From the NCBI GenBank assembly GCA_030704615.1, contig CM060731.1:88040183-88104000 (forward strand): DNA of 63,818 bases. The letters run 5' to 3'. Of this stretch, positions 51,077 through 63,818 are shown one piece after another. This stretch comes from Takakia lepidozioides. Its lineage: Eukaryota > Plantae > Bryophyta. Under the pieces are notes generated by a model, which had not been told where the DNA came from, made no database searches, and was given only the letters and a program-made list of their open reading frames with translations. Position 1 is the stretch's first letter, and every line of letters starts with the position of its first letter. Made by a program: the position numbers and the translations under genes.

Positions 51077-51334
51077 GAGAGTAGTGCCCATTCCGGCTAT
51101 GACAGTTAGGACACACTTGTATAGATGTGGCTTGCCACAAAATTTGCAATAACATGTTGCATTTCATTGCTATGACGAGTCCACTGGTGCCACATTTCCA
51201 ACTTCACATGACCCTATTTCCGTGCCTCCTAACCCTATTTCCATGGACACACAATGGTCCGCTCATGTTTTTTTTTTTTTCCGCTCATGCTCATGCCGCT
51301 CATGAAATAGCAGCCCCCCACTCTGGGCACTGAT

Positions 51335-51805
51335 GTGCCACATGCTCCGGCAATGCCTCCACCCGGTACCGACTCCCACCCAACAAAAAGAGATGGAAAA
51401 ATAATGCGCCGTGTCGCTTCGGGTGCAGATCACGACTGCAAGATGGAATCGGCTAGAATTTTGCAGGCTTGGGTGACTCGTATCACCGAAGTCCCGGCCC
51501 CGGGGTATGGACGGATTTACACAGTGTTGTCTACTGGCTCAGTTCTTCATGACAAAGAATATCAGGTTACCGTGGGGAATTTCCCTGCGTGCACTTGTCC
51601 GGATTTTGTAACGATGCGTGAGGGCGCTCTTGGCATGAGAGGGAAGTGGGTCCCCTGCAAGCATCAATATTACATATACCTTATAATTATGTGCTGCGAT
51701 GGTAAGAGAGACCAATTCATTCACCAAGCCACACTAGGTTACGGAGAAGTCATTACTCTTCTGCAGCGGGACACCTGGCGTGGGGCTCCGCCAAATTCTC
51801 TTTGA
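51335..51805 (+). pseudogene. C-terminal SWIM fragment of another MULE transposase
   Basis: EVPAPGYGRIY..PACTCPDF..PCKHQYY, homologous to ~45030-45451. Confidence 0.8.
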
Positions 51806-52893
51806 ACACAAATAAGCCATGCCCACTTCCCGTGCTGGTTTTCAGCTTATCGTGTGAAGTCTTTGCATGTAGGACAAACACATACATTTTGTTCACGGAA
51901 CCAAGGCAATTGCACATGCCATTCATTGTAGGCGTCATTATGTGAATTGAAATAAAGTGTGACAATCATTTTGAGCTCAAATCTGCCATATGTTCATATT
52001 CTTCTTTTTGTGCAGACATTGCAGACATGATGCATGGTGGCCCCTTTGTTTTGTCCACGGTAATAGGCCCTCTTCCTGCAATCCTCGCCTATAGGGCCTG
52101 CTTCTCCAGCACATTTGTGCCGCTCACGCTTCCCTGAAGCATGAGCTCAGCTCACGCTTCCCTGAAGCATGAGCTCAGCTCACGCTTTGTAGCTACAACG
52201 TGAGCTTAGCTCCCAGGCTAACGGGGCTGGGCTCACGCCGTAGCTATGCTGCAATGACGAAGGCCTCGGGATGGTCAGGGTTGCTTGAATGGGGGGTAAG
52301 CGGGGGAGTAGCTGATAGTGGGGAGTGGGAGGGGGTTTGATTTGTTGTGGTATTGGCGGGAGATAGGGTGTGTGGAGAGAGAGGGGGGGTGTCCGAGGGG
52401 AGGTGTGTATGGGTGCCTTGGGAGGCTTTGAGCTTCTGGAGTGTAGAGGTAGCTGGGGCTGTTCTAAATTCTGGAAGGAGGTCATGTTTCTTGTGGGGGA
52501 AGAGTGAGCATGGGAGGTCGCAATCAAGGGTACAAAAAGCTGTCGGGTGACAGAATAGGGAGCGGAGGTGTAGCAGATACCTGCGCGTTTTGATAGTAGC
52601 ACGAGAATGTTTCAAGGTAAATTGATTTGGGGTTAATATCCGATTGCCAGTGGCTGTGGTGAGTTGGGTAAGGTTAGTGATATGGCGTGTAGGTCACGTC
52701 AGACCTGACGCCGACAGGACCTCCGTCACGTCAGGTTTCGGAAATATTCTCGCGGCAAAAGTTGACTTTCTTCTTCACTCTCACGACGTGGCGAAGGTGG
52801 ATCGACAGCAAGTGCTCGGGCTGCGTGCAAATCGGCAACGAGGCCGTCCACATTTGGCAATAAAGCCCCCAAAACACGATGATAACGGTCTGT

Positions 52894-54866
52894 CTATAGT
52901 CGCCTCCATTGCTCTATAACTGCCTTCATGGTATTTTTGAAACTTTCCAACTGCCTCTCGCGGGCCCTGTCCCTAGTGTCGTTTCGACGATAAGCCGCCT
53001 CGTACGCCTCATTCATTCGGCGTTGACATATTATAGCATCTTCCAGTTCGAACAACAACAAATGTCTCCCAATCGGTTCTCGGTTATACAATTCGTTCTC
53101 CACCGGCACCCATGGAACCTGTGGGAGCCGGATAAACCTGGACCTTCTCTGACTCCAATGCCCTCCCAAATTGCGGCAAAATGGCTCTCTCTCCCACCAA
53201 TCGGGAATGCCTCCCCCACGTATCGTTATCTCCCAGTCAGATGTGACCCAGAAATACTGGGGATCTTTAATGTATGCCGGGTTTCCGGCATGTATGGCAT
53301 GCATTTCTCTGTCTGCATCCCATATCAAGTTCTTGCCCCAATGCACAAAATTCAAAAATATAAAACATCTAATGGGAGGTTGTGTCGATTGTATTCAAAA
53401 CCTATGGGCATCCTTTCCTTCAAGCCCACCAGCTCATAGAAACGGTGATGGATTGGTGGACGGCATTCTGGGCAAGCGCTCATCCGCAAGGTTTGCGGGA
53501 TAAGACATGTGAGATGGAATATATGTCCACATGATCCAGGTAGATGACGTCCCTTTGGGCCATATGGATTCCTGCATATCGAACAAACTGTGTCATCTGA
53601 TATCCATGCTGGCAAAATGCCTCGTGGTATCTCCTCCCTCTGGGCCGATTTGATGTGGTTGGTCATCTTTGTTGTGGTGTCTCACTCCTCCTCTATCTCC
53701 AATTCCCAGTTTATGCTTCTATTCGACCCCGAAATTCTATGCTCACATTGATCGAACATAGATTCCACATCTGCCCAATTGTTATACCCGGTGAACACGT
53801 TTGATGCGTTGCGGAGATCGTTATACCTTTGCATGTTGATATAAATGCTATCCACGCTATAGTTTGACATGCGTGCGACACGTTGCAAGGCTGACAGTGC
53901 CCGCTCTACTCATACTTCTCTGGAGGCCAAATGGGTCGCCCATTGTACCCAATTCTCCCAATCATCATTCATGGGACCCATGTCTGAATCTCTAATGTTT
54001 TCGACAACTGCCATGCAGTTGCCATGGCAATGTCCCGCTCCTTTGTAACGCGGTCGACATCAGATATCGGATTCATCTCAGATTGAGTGATGGCCCTCGA
54101 GCATTCCCCGGTTTCCATTACTAGTTCTTTTCCTTTTCTCCTTCTTTCATCGGTAATTCGCTGTTCCTCAACCATGGTTTCATCGGCCGCAGGGTCAAGG
54201 ATGTCCGTAATTTCGTGAATGATACGGTTAATACTGCAATCGGGCATTGCAAACTCCGCGTCCATGTCCACGACGTTTGTTCAAACTTCATTGTCGACAA
54301 CAGTGCCTTCATTGTTTGGAGGCATGTCTTGCAATCTAGCTTCCAATTCGGCTATGCGCAATGTTTGCCAGTCCAGTCGGTCGTGCAGGGTCTTGATTCG
54401 TTGGTCTCTTTCCGCCAGTCCTCTAACGTTGCAGCCAGATGTGTTCCAAACATGTCCGGGATGTACTCCAAATCGTATAACATCCTTGCGTTCCTCCTAC
54501 TAGCAGTTTGCCAATTCACTGGACGCAATAGTATGACCTCTACGTACAACATGGCTGCCAAGGTGTACAGGATTTGGCCCTTTAAGAGAGGTTGACCCCA
54601 CAATGTGCAATGCACCTATGTTGAAAATGCAAGTTCGCGCAAGACCTGGATTCTGCGTAATTGTTTCAAGTTTGCACGTCATACCTATCTATATGCCACA
54701 ATCGATTGATGTGGTACCACTTCACGAATTTTTTGCATCTCGCCATCGGCCACCTGAAATCTTCCGGAAAATCCTCCCAGCCCTCTTCTGCTAGTATGCT
54801 AGGGTCATCATATACTTCCCAGTTCAAGTCTTGCCTTGACCCTTTGATTTTCTTAGACCCCCTCAA
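52894..54866 (-). pseudogene. RING-H2 finger cargo gene, fragmented
   Basis: CSIC..CGHIFHLTC..CPEC in 53352..53666, flanked by same-strand broken ORFs. Confidence 0.65.
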
Positions 54867-55419
54867 CCGTGGCGAGACCTACGTGCACCACTCCGCACTT
54901 TCCCCTGAGTTTGAAAGGGAGGTCAACTGAAAGCATCTAAAACACTCCACGACTGCTTCTAAACTATTGTATAGATAGAAGGATCTTTTTACCCCTTTCA
55001 AGTCAAAGACTCATTTACATCAATCTCAAAGCATCCCTACTATACCCTGTCTATTCTTCAACAACCCAACAGTTATTAGGTTACGCATCTGCTGCACTTT
55101 GAGTCTTGGGCAGTGTGTCATGTTTCTTGGTCTCTTCGACTTTTGTCCATTGAGAGTTGTCAGGTTCGTGTTTTACTGGTTGTCGCAGAGCAGTGCCTTT
55201 ACTAGGAACATAGTCTTTTGTCCCTTGGACTTAAATCTCCATCAGAGATTGTTGGTTCTCGAAACACTGATCACAGTGTGTGTGCCTTATGGCGTAATTG
55301 GGGTTTTAATTTTTTTCCCCTCAAAATAATTATTTCAATAAACTAATCAGGGAGTCAATCCCCCTGTTCTTAAAATTATTTATTTAAATTAAATTAAATT
55401 AAATTAAATTAAAAAAAAA

Positions 55420-56590
55420 CCCGCCAGTACCGGCGGTCGCTTCATTTCCAAAAACATTAAAATAAAAGTGACATTTACAAAACAAAAATAATTACATCGA
55501 CCGCCATTACTAGCGGTTGTTCCATTTTCCCAAAAGAACAAAAAAACGACCGCCAGTAACGGCGGTCGCTCCATTTCCCAAAAAATTTAAAAAAAAACGA
55601 CTGCCACTAATGGCGGTTGTTGCATTTACAAAATAAATATAATTACAGCAACCGCCAGTAATGGCGGTCACTCCATTTTCCCCGAATAAACAAAAAAGCG
55701 ATAGCCAGTAATGGCGGTCGCTCAATTTCCAAAAAAATTTAAATTAAAGCGATCGACACTAATGGCGGGTCGCTGCATTTACAAAATAAAAAAAATAACA
55801 GCGACCGCCAGTAATGGTGGCCAGGCCATTTTCCCAAAAAAAAAAAAAAAAACGACCGCCAGTAGCGGCAGTCGCTCCATTTCGCAAAAAAATGAAATAA
55901 AAGCGACCGCCATTACTGGCAGTCGCTGCATTTACAAAAAATAAAAACTTAAAGCAACCGCCAGTAATGGAAGTGAGGGGAGAATGACTCGGAGCCTCCA
56001 TTGGCTTATATGCCCCCCCTCGCCTCATTCCTCGCTCCAGGGCACACCTCCTGGAAGCGACCGCCACCTTGGCGGTCGCTCCATTTTAAAAACAAAAAAA
56101 AACGACCGCCAGTAATGGCGGTCGCTGGATTTACAAAAAATAAAAACTTAAAGCGAACGCCAGTAATGGAAGTGAGGGGAGAATGACTCGGAGCCTCCCT
56201 TGGCTTATATGCCCCCCCACCCCCTGCCTCATTCGTCGGGCTACGCGCAGGACACACCTCGTACAAGCAACCGCCACCTTGGCAGTCGCTCCATTTAATT
56301 TTTTTTTAAAAAAACGACCGCCACAAATGGCGGTCGATCCATTCTCCAAAATTAAAAAAATAAGCGACCGCCAGTAATGGCGGTCGCTGAATTTACAGAA
56401 AATATAAAAATTAAAGCGACCGCTAGTAATGGCGGTCGCTCCATTTACATAAAATATATTACGAGCAACGCCAGTAATGGCGGTCGCTCCATTTACCCAA
56501 AAAAAAAAAACGACCGCCAGTAATGGCGATCGCTGCATTTACAAAGAATAAAACATAAAAGCGACCGCCAGTGATGCCGGTCGCTGCATT
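55420..56590. repeat. Array of GCGACCGCCAGTAATGGCGGTCGC palindromes with A-rich spacers
   Basis: Roughly 20 copies by eye; includes a ~200-bp internal duplication. Confidence 0.9.
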
Positions 56591-57403
56591 AAAATAAAAA
56601 ATAATGCAGAGTTGGAAGCATTGACACAATTGTTCTTCATTACACGAGCAAATCACCGAACATAAACATGAGCAAGTGACTATGCCTTTGGCCGACATTT
56701 TGGGTGGTATACACATGGGCAACATCTTTTATTTCGCAACACATACACAACAACAATACAAATACTCATAGTGACGAGGATCACACTGACATTACTTCAC
56801 TACAGAAATGTAAACATCTCCACTAAAATGTGCTGCTGCATGCCTAGAGCTGTTTTGCTTCAATTCCTTCTACTGCTTCGACGGCGGGACGAAGAAGATC
56901 CTAATCTCGATGCTCCGATGGGCTGAAAATCCGAGTCACCCTCGACTTCACCACCATTGCCATGATCAGTGCTGGAATCGTCCTCCCTATCCGACCTCCC
57001 ATGTCCAGGCCTTTGAATCTGCAAGCGACCTCGAACCACATTTAGTTCTCTCTGAGGTCGACTCCCACTCCAGTCTTGAATACCATCTACGGTATCTGGC
57101 CTATTTGTGGGCCGATCGCCTACAAAAGGTTGGACTATTCTTTGTCGTTTATGGACTTGGGACGCAATCGAAGGAGGTACTGGAGGAGGGTGTGCCCGAG
57201 ATGGACCAGCATTAGATGGTTCGGCATGTGAGGAACCATGGGTCTGCTGCGCAATACGTCGGTTAAGGTGGAACTGTAATGGCAGGTTGTCATCATCGGA
57301 GGCTTCAACTTCCGTCCGGTCCAATGCAGCAGAATGATGCGTGCGTGTGGAAAACAGATCAACCCTGTTGCTCCTTAATGCCCGTTGTGTTGATGGGGAG
57401 TTG

Positions 57404-58129
57404 TGTCGCGCACCTCACTTCGGTAAGCTCCCCTTCAAGTCAAAGTTTCTTGCTTTTGATGCGCGCACCTAACTCCCAAACTGGCCGTCGGACCAACTCG
57501 GAGCTTCGGCTGCTGACCGGGACATAACGGTCCCCCTTTACTCCTCCACAAGACCCTCACTCAATTTGGGCCTAGTGGAAATTCCCTTTGGTTGTTGGCA
57601 GTCCGGAACAACTCCCCACACCTTGGTCGCTTTTCGGCTCGCACGCTTACTCACTAGTTTTTGGTCACCAACGGGCTTGCACCGTTCTCGGGGTTACTAC
57701 TCCCTATATATACTTCTGTGACTGTCCGCGGGGGTTTCACAAACAACCCAGTCATTTTATGGCGAACCACCACGAAAACCCTCGATTCCCGGTGATGAGT
57801 CGTGATGAGTCTTGGCCCACCCACCACGGCCCCATTGGACCGTGATGAGCCCCAAGACTCCCCACGACTCCCACCACAAGGTCTCCGCCCCATGATAAGT
57901 CATATGCCACCCCCACTAAGACCCACTAAGCTACCACCACCCTTCGTGGAACCACCCCCACCACAACCCGATGTGTGGGGCTCCACCTAGTGAGTGCCTC
58001 CGCCTCCTTGAGTGCCTTGGGCACTCAATGGTGCTTCAGCCCCCGTACCTATTGTTGCCACTGCCCCCACCATAGGGGCAGCTCCTCTTGTGTCCCAACC
58101 CCCTGCTCTCAAGGCAAAGGGCCGCGACA
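57404..58129 (-). repeat. 3' LTR, copy 2 (726 bp)
   Basis: TGTCGC...GCGACA; lacks the 140-bp duplication seen in copy 1. Confidence 0.9.
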
Positions 58130-59031
58130 CACACCCCTACCAACAGGGAGTCGATGTCCTCATCGACTTGTCCATTTTGCAGAAACTAACATCCAAGTTG
58201 TGGCGTCCCACATCAAGGAGTTTGTTTCCGTACCATGGCGTCCCATGGCAAAGAACCAAACCCCCACTTCACTCTACTCTCCACTAGCTAGTTCGGCCGA
58301 CTTCCTCCAAGTCCCGGCCAAAGGTGGAGCCTCTCAAGCTCTTCCCAGTGCACTCTTCTTGGCCCACTTCAAGGCCAAGGAACGATCCTCCCCGAGGATC
58401 AAATCGCCTTACTGCAACAACATTGCTTGCGACCGTTCATGATGCCGCTTTTGGCATCACCTTGAGCAAGGGTTCACCTTGAACCTTTTTTTACTAGGAA
58501 GATAACCTTGAACCAACCGTGCGCCCCAATCACTACAATTGGGTCCGCCTTGGAATGCTGGCCTGAGGTACGGGAACACACCGAAGCACTACGGCTTCAT
58601 CCCGAGGCTACACGATTATAGTACGTGAACGGAAGCACGTAGCTTCCGCGTTAGCCCGCACTACAAGGCAACTCCCTCGGTAGCGTAGTTATAGTACGCG
58701 CACGCGCCAGATGCGCACTAGCACGTGAACTCCCAAAGAAGGCGCAAGTTTCCTTGCCCCTTGGATGGGAGTCACCCGATTTTGGCACTGCGCAAACACA
58801 CGGTTAATCCAATTTACCTCTCCCACTTTTGTAAGTTAGCATGCATTCTACACACTAGTCAACCATACCATGCATCACCATTCCAAACAAAATAGGACGC
58901 ACAACATTTGGAAACCATTTCATTTATAAACAAAATTTGTGCAACACAAGTTTTTGCAATCGGATTCCTGAGCTAGCTAAGCCGGACTAAGCATGCATTT
59001 CCTCCCCCACGATCCAAGGTTAATGTCCCCA

Positions 59032-62000
59032 TCAACGCTTTTTCCGCTTTTGAGGTCGCCCTTTGAAAGCTGCAACCGCCTCGGATGCGTTTCCCATTTA
59101 TGAGGCACGCACCCAAGTTGCCTCCACTTGATGATAGCCCTTCCATTTCACGAGATACTCTGTTTCTTGATTCTTGAACCTCCTCGACTTAAGCACTACC
59201 TCCACCTCATACTCAGGTTCATTTTCATGATCCAACAGCACAGGTGGCGGACGCAACACTTGATGCCGATTCGGACGCGCTTCATCTTTGAAGTTAGGCT
59301 TCAAAACGGAGACGTGGAATACCGGATGTACCTTGCTGTTTGCCGGCAGCTCCAATTCATACACATCCTCATTCATAACCTTCCGGATGCGAAAGGGCCC
59401 CGCATACGGAGGTACAAACTTCGGACTCACTTCCGGAGGTAGTCAAAATTTCTTGATGTTCAACCAGACCTCCGTGTCTGCCTCAAACTTAACTTCCCTC
59501 TGCTTCCAATTCGCCTGCCATTCATACCGTTTCCTAGCTTTGGCAACGTTGTACTTTGCGAGCTCCAACAAACGCTCGCGTTCTTCCAACACCGTTGCTG
59601 CTGCCGGTTCCTCAACGTCCTAAGCAACCCAACTTGTCGGCACCAGAGGTGCTTTTCCATAGACCAATACAAAAGGGGAAACTCCCGTTGCGGAGTGTTT
59701 TGTGCTATTATAACAGAACTCTGCCGCATCCAAGTGCTCCACCCAGTCTGATTGGTCTGCCGACACATAATTCCGCAAGATCTGCTTCACCACGGAATTC
59801 ACTCTTTCCGTTTGGCCGTCCGTCGTAGGTCGGAAGGCCATGCTCATCTTGAGCCTCGTCCCCATTTTCTTCCAAAGTGCCCTCCAAAATTTACTTGTAA
59901 ACTTTGGATCGCGGTCCGAGACAATATCCTTCGGAAGTCCATGATGCTTGAAGACGTGGGCGAAGTAAAGTCGTCCCGTCTCCTGCGCCGTTGCCGTCTC
60001 CTTGGTGGGAATGAAATGGCCCATTTTACTGAACCTATCCACCACCACCATGATTGCATCGAATCTTTTTGACAGCGGCATAGCAGTCATGAATCCATCG
60101 AGACACTTTCCCAAGACCCCTCTGAAATCGGCAAGGGTTGTAACAGCCCCGCTTGCTTTTTGTACTTGCTCCGGTTTTGTTGGCATGTGGTGCATGTCTT
60201 GACATACTCCTCGGCCTCCTCCCTCAGTTTGGGCCAGAAATACTCTTTCTTCAAGAGTTCCGCGGTGCGCTTAGCTCCACCGTGGCCCGCAAGCGGGCCA
60301 TCATGGCATTCTCTCAAGAGACTATCTCTGATCCCTCCCTTCGGCACGTAGAGACGCTTTTGCTTGTACCGAAGCAGTCCATTGTGCAAGTGGAATTGTG
60401 ATTTAATCCCCAGCCTCAAGTCCCGCATCACGGACTTCGCCATCTCATCCTTCCGGTAAGCCTTCCGGATCTTCCATTGGAGCGCCGTCTCGCCCCTGTA
60501 CACCAACATGAGCTGCTGCTTTCTACTTAAAGCATCGGCCACCACATTGTCCCTTCCCAGTTTGTACTAGATATCCACGTCAAACACTGCCAAAGTGTCT
60601 TGCCACCTAAGTTGTTTTTGGGGACAACTTAGGCTGTGTGGCAAAATACTTCACCGTGACATTGTCTGTGAACACCTTCACCGGGTTGGAACCAACATAG
60701 TGGCGCCAAAGCTCAAGGCAATGCACCACCGCCTTCATTTCTTTCTCATGCGTAGGCCACCGTCGCTCCACTTCATTCAATTTCTTACTTTCGTAAGCCA
60801 CTGGACGTCCATCCTGCATGAGCACATCCCCAATTGCGAAGTCCGACGCATCTGTATGAATCTCAAATGGACAGTCGAACTCCGGGATTTTCAGGACTGG
60901 AGCTTCCGCCATCCGCTGCTTCAACTCGGCAAAAGCTTGGCCACAAAAGGTGTTCCATACCCATATCTTGGACTTACACAGAAGGTCTGACAGCAGCCTC
61001 GCGATCTTGGCGAAATTCCTCACATACTTTCGGTAATAGGAGGCGAGTCCTAGGAAGGATCGCACTCCCTGGACCGAAGTCGGAGGCTCCCAGTCCAAGA
61101 TCGCCCTCATCTTTTGGTCATCCATTTTGATCCCATCCTGTGTAATCACATGCCCTAGGAACTCCACTTTTGTGACCCCGAATTCGCACTTCGAAGCTTT
61201 GACATACAGCTTCCCTTCCCGCAATTTCTGGAACACCCTTTTGAGGTGCTCCAGGTACTCTTCCTTTGTTTTCGAGTACACCAAGATGTCGTCGATGTAC
61301 ACGATCACAAAGTCATCCAACCACTCCTGGAAAAGGCTGTTCATTAGCGTGCTAAAGGTCGCGGGTGCGTTGGTGAGCCCAAAAGGCATCACCAAAAACT
61401 GATATGAACCATATCTTGTCCTGCATTCTCCTTATCTCCTTTTGCCACTCGGACTTGATGGTAGCCGGAGCGCAAATCGATTCGTCTGAAATACTTTGCT
61501 CCTGCCAACCGATCAAAGAGGTCGTCGATCCTTGGCAAAGGGTACCGGTTTTTTATAGTCACCTTATTCAGAGCCCTGTAATCGACACACATCCACAGCG
61601 TCCCATCCTTCTTGTCTGCGAATAGCACCGGGGCTCCGTAAGGTGACTTACTCGGCTGGATGTACCTCTTTGACATTAGATCCTTGAGCTGAGCCTTCAG
61701 CTCGACCAACTCTCTGTGGCTCAACCGGTAGGGCGCCTTAGCAGGCGGCTCCGATCCCGGTATCACCTCAATCTTGTGGTCAACTTCTCTTCGCGGTGGC
61801 AAGCCGCTTGGTAAATCCTCCGGCATCACATCCTGGTATTTCTCCAGGATCCCCTTGGTCTGGGCTTGGCTCCCTATCGTATTTTCCTTCCACTTGTCTT
61901 ACGTAAAGCAAAAACTGGCTCCTGAGCTGAAGAGGAACATCGAACGCCAACCTCGTCGCCAATTGTGGTTCTCCTTTGGCAGAACGCACTTCAATGGAGG

Positions 62001-63145
62001 CCCCCACATCACTTGTCGGGAGCCCAAGCTTCCGTGCCGTTGCCGGTGTCATGAAGGAGTGCGACGCTCCTGTGTCCACCAACAACGACACGTTAGTTCC
62101 GGAAATTATCCCACACACGAACATTAACTGACTCCCTTTACGCAAGGGGCCAGTCTCCTGATACAACTCACAAGAGTAGTTGCCTACCTTGCAAGTCTTG
62201 GCAACCACCACTTCCACCAAGCGGCTGATGGAATCTTCGGACAGCTCCGTGGTTGCCCGAGTCATGTTCAATTGACGGGGCTTCGCGCACTTCTTAGCCA
62301 TGTGCCCGGGCTCCCCGCAATTAAAGCACACTCCATCGAAGGTCGCCTTTTGTCTGCTATAAGCCATCGCACCTGATTTTTCTTTCGGAGCACCAGGTGC
62401 CGCCTTGACGTGCGAAGGCCCTCCCTTTGATTTCCATGTGCCATTGTCGCCGTGTGGCCTATCCCACTTCTTTTCCGGTTGGAAGGAGTCACCCTCCCGC
62501 CGAGTCTTCTTGTAGTTCAGCTCCGTACGGCCTTGTCTTTTGTCCCTAGGGACATCCGAGAAACATTCAGCCCTTTCAATTGCCTCGTTCAAAGTCTTAG
62601 GTGGCTTCTCCTCCAACTTCCGCCTGGCCCATGGGGCCAGTCTCGCCACAAAGTTGAAGACCATTTTTGGTTCCGCCATATCCGCGACTTTGAGCAATAG
62701 CACATTGAAAGCCTGAACATATCCCCGAATGTCATCCGTTTGCTTCAAATTCCTCATCTTGTCCCGGGTGAGCCAGGACGCGTTGAGGGGCACAAACTGT
62801 CTTTACATAAGTTCCTTGAACCCACTCCAGCTCAAGGTTTATGGGTTTGGACCTTGGTCATGAAGGCGTTTTTGCCACCATTGCTGAGCATAACCCCTCA
62901 AATAGGTGGGAGCCACTTCCACCCGATCCTCATCACTCAACTTGGCCGCCCGGAAGTAGTGCTCTAGCTCCAAGAGCCAGGTGTTGAGTGCCTTCTGATT
63001 GCCGCTTCGGTGACACGTCGCCCCCACCGGGCTCACCAAGATCATCATCTTTCGGGCCGTTCCGCTTTCATTTTGTCTTGCCCAACCCCATGATGAGGCC
63101 GATCTCAAGGATGATCGCGTACTGAACTCTAAGCTCTGATACCAA
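59032..63145 (-). pseudogene. gag-pol with chromodomain, multiply disrupted
   Basis: Same motifs as copy 1; deletions near 61920 and 63000, several frameshifts and stops. Confidence 0.9.
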
Positions 63146-63146
63146 G

Positions 63147-63818
63147 TGCCGTGCACCTCACTTCGGTAAGCTCCCCTTCAAGTCATAGTTACTCGCTTTT
63201 GATGCACGCGCCTAACTCCCAAACTGGCCGTCGGGCCAACTCGGAGCTTCGGCTGCTGACAGGGACATAACGGTCCCCCTTTACTCCTCCACAAGACCCT
63301 CACTCAATTTGGGCCTAGTGGAAATTCCCTTTGGTTGTTGGCAGTCCGGAACAACTCCCCACACCTTGGTCGCTTTCCGGCTCGCACGCTTACTCACTAA
63401 TTTTTGGTCACCAACGGGCTTGCACCGTTCTCGGGGTTACTACTCCCTATATATCTTCTGTGACTGTCCGCGGGGGTCTCACAAACAACCCAGTAAGTTT
63501 TTATGGCAACCGCCACAAAAACCCTCGATTCCCGGTGATGAGTCGCGGTGAGTCTTGGCCCACCCACCACGGCCCATTGGACCGTGATGAGTCCCAAGAC
63601 TCCCCACGACTCCCACCACAAGGTCTCCGCCCCATGGTGAGTCCTATGCCACTCCCACTAAGACCCACTTAGCTACCACCACCCTTCGTTTAACCACCCC
63701 CACAGCAGCCCGGTGTGTGGGGCTCCACCTAGTGAGCGCCTCTACCTCCTTGAGTGCCTGGGGCACTCAAGGGTGCTTCAGCCCCCGTACCTATTGTTGC
63801 CACTGTCCCCATCATAGG
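63147..63818 (-). repeat. 5' LTR, copy 2 (partial)
   Basis: Matches 57404 onward. Confidence 0.9.

Larger units (their letters stand above)
46227..51318 (+). mobile_element. Right part of related MULE family 2
   Basis: Different palindrome arrays, homologous MTase-like gene, same right terminus. Confidence 0.75.
57404..63818 (-). mobile_element. Chromovirus LTR retrotransposon, copy 2 (degenerate; 5' LTR runs off the window)
   Basis: LTRs 57404-58129 and 63147-end, PBS 63127-63144, internal region colinear with copy 1. Confidence 0.92.

Noticed and set aside
52180-52615. Pro-rich minus-strand ORFs (also 56860..57324)
   Set aside because: Low complexity with no recognisable motif

Overview
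Eukaryotic, repeat-saturated DNA, most likely from a land plant (GT-AG introns, chromoviral Ty3/gypsy elements with a tRNA-Met PBS, a plant-type DLNG FCP1 domain); the taxon cannot be fixed from sequence alone. No intact host gene is evident. The window is a nest of rearranged pieces of a large Mutator-like (MULE) DNA transposon and its relatives, plus two chromovirus LTR retrotransposons and fragments of an older gypsy element. The pieces of family 1 reassemble into a cargo-rich element: left end (46226) - GCM/MULE-DDE/SWIM transposase - array of 22-bp palindromes GGAAATGCGGYRCCGCATTTCC - a 10-exon gene whose manual splice model fuses a ParB/Srx-like domain (DGNHR) to a beta-class amino-(N4C/N6A) DNA methyltransferase-like domain (DIPDG ... 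DLICGTG) - second palindrome array - head-to-head pair of unknown paralogs - right end (...CATGAAATAGCAGCCCCC). A diverged family 2 carries a homologous methyltransferase-like gene with the same intron positions but a different palindrome array. A third segment (SWIM fragment, RING gene) has yet another palindrome. The main hypothesis is a transposon-borne ParB-methyltransferase/palindromic-operator system whose protein and binding motif diversify by family. All copies here are degenerate, and domain calls come from motif recognition only.
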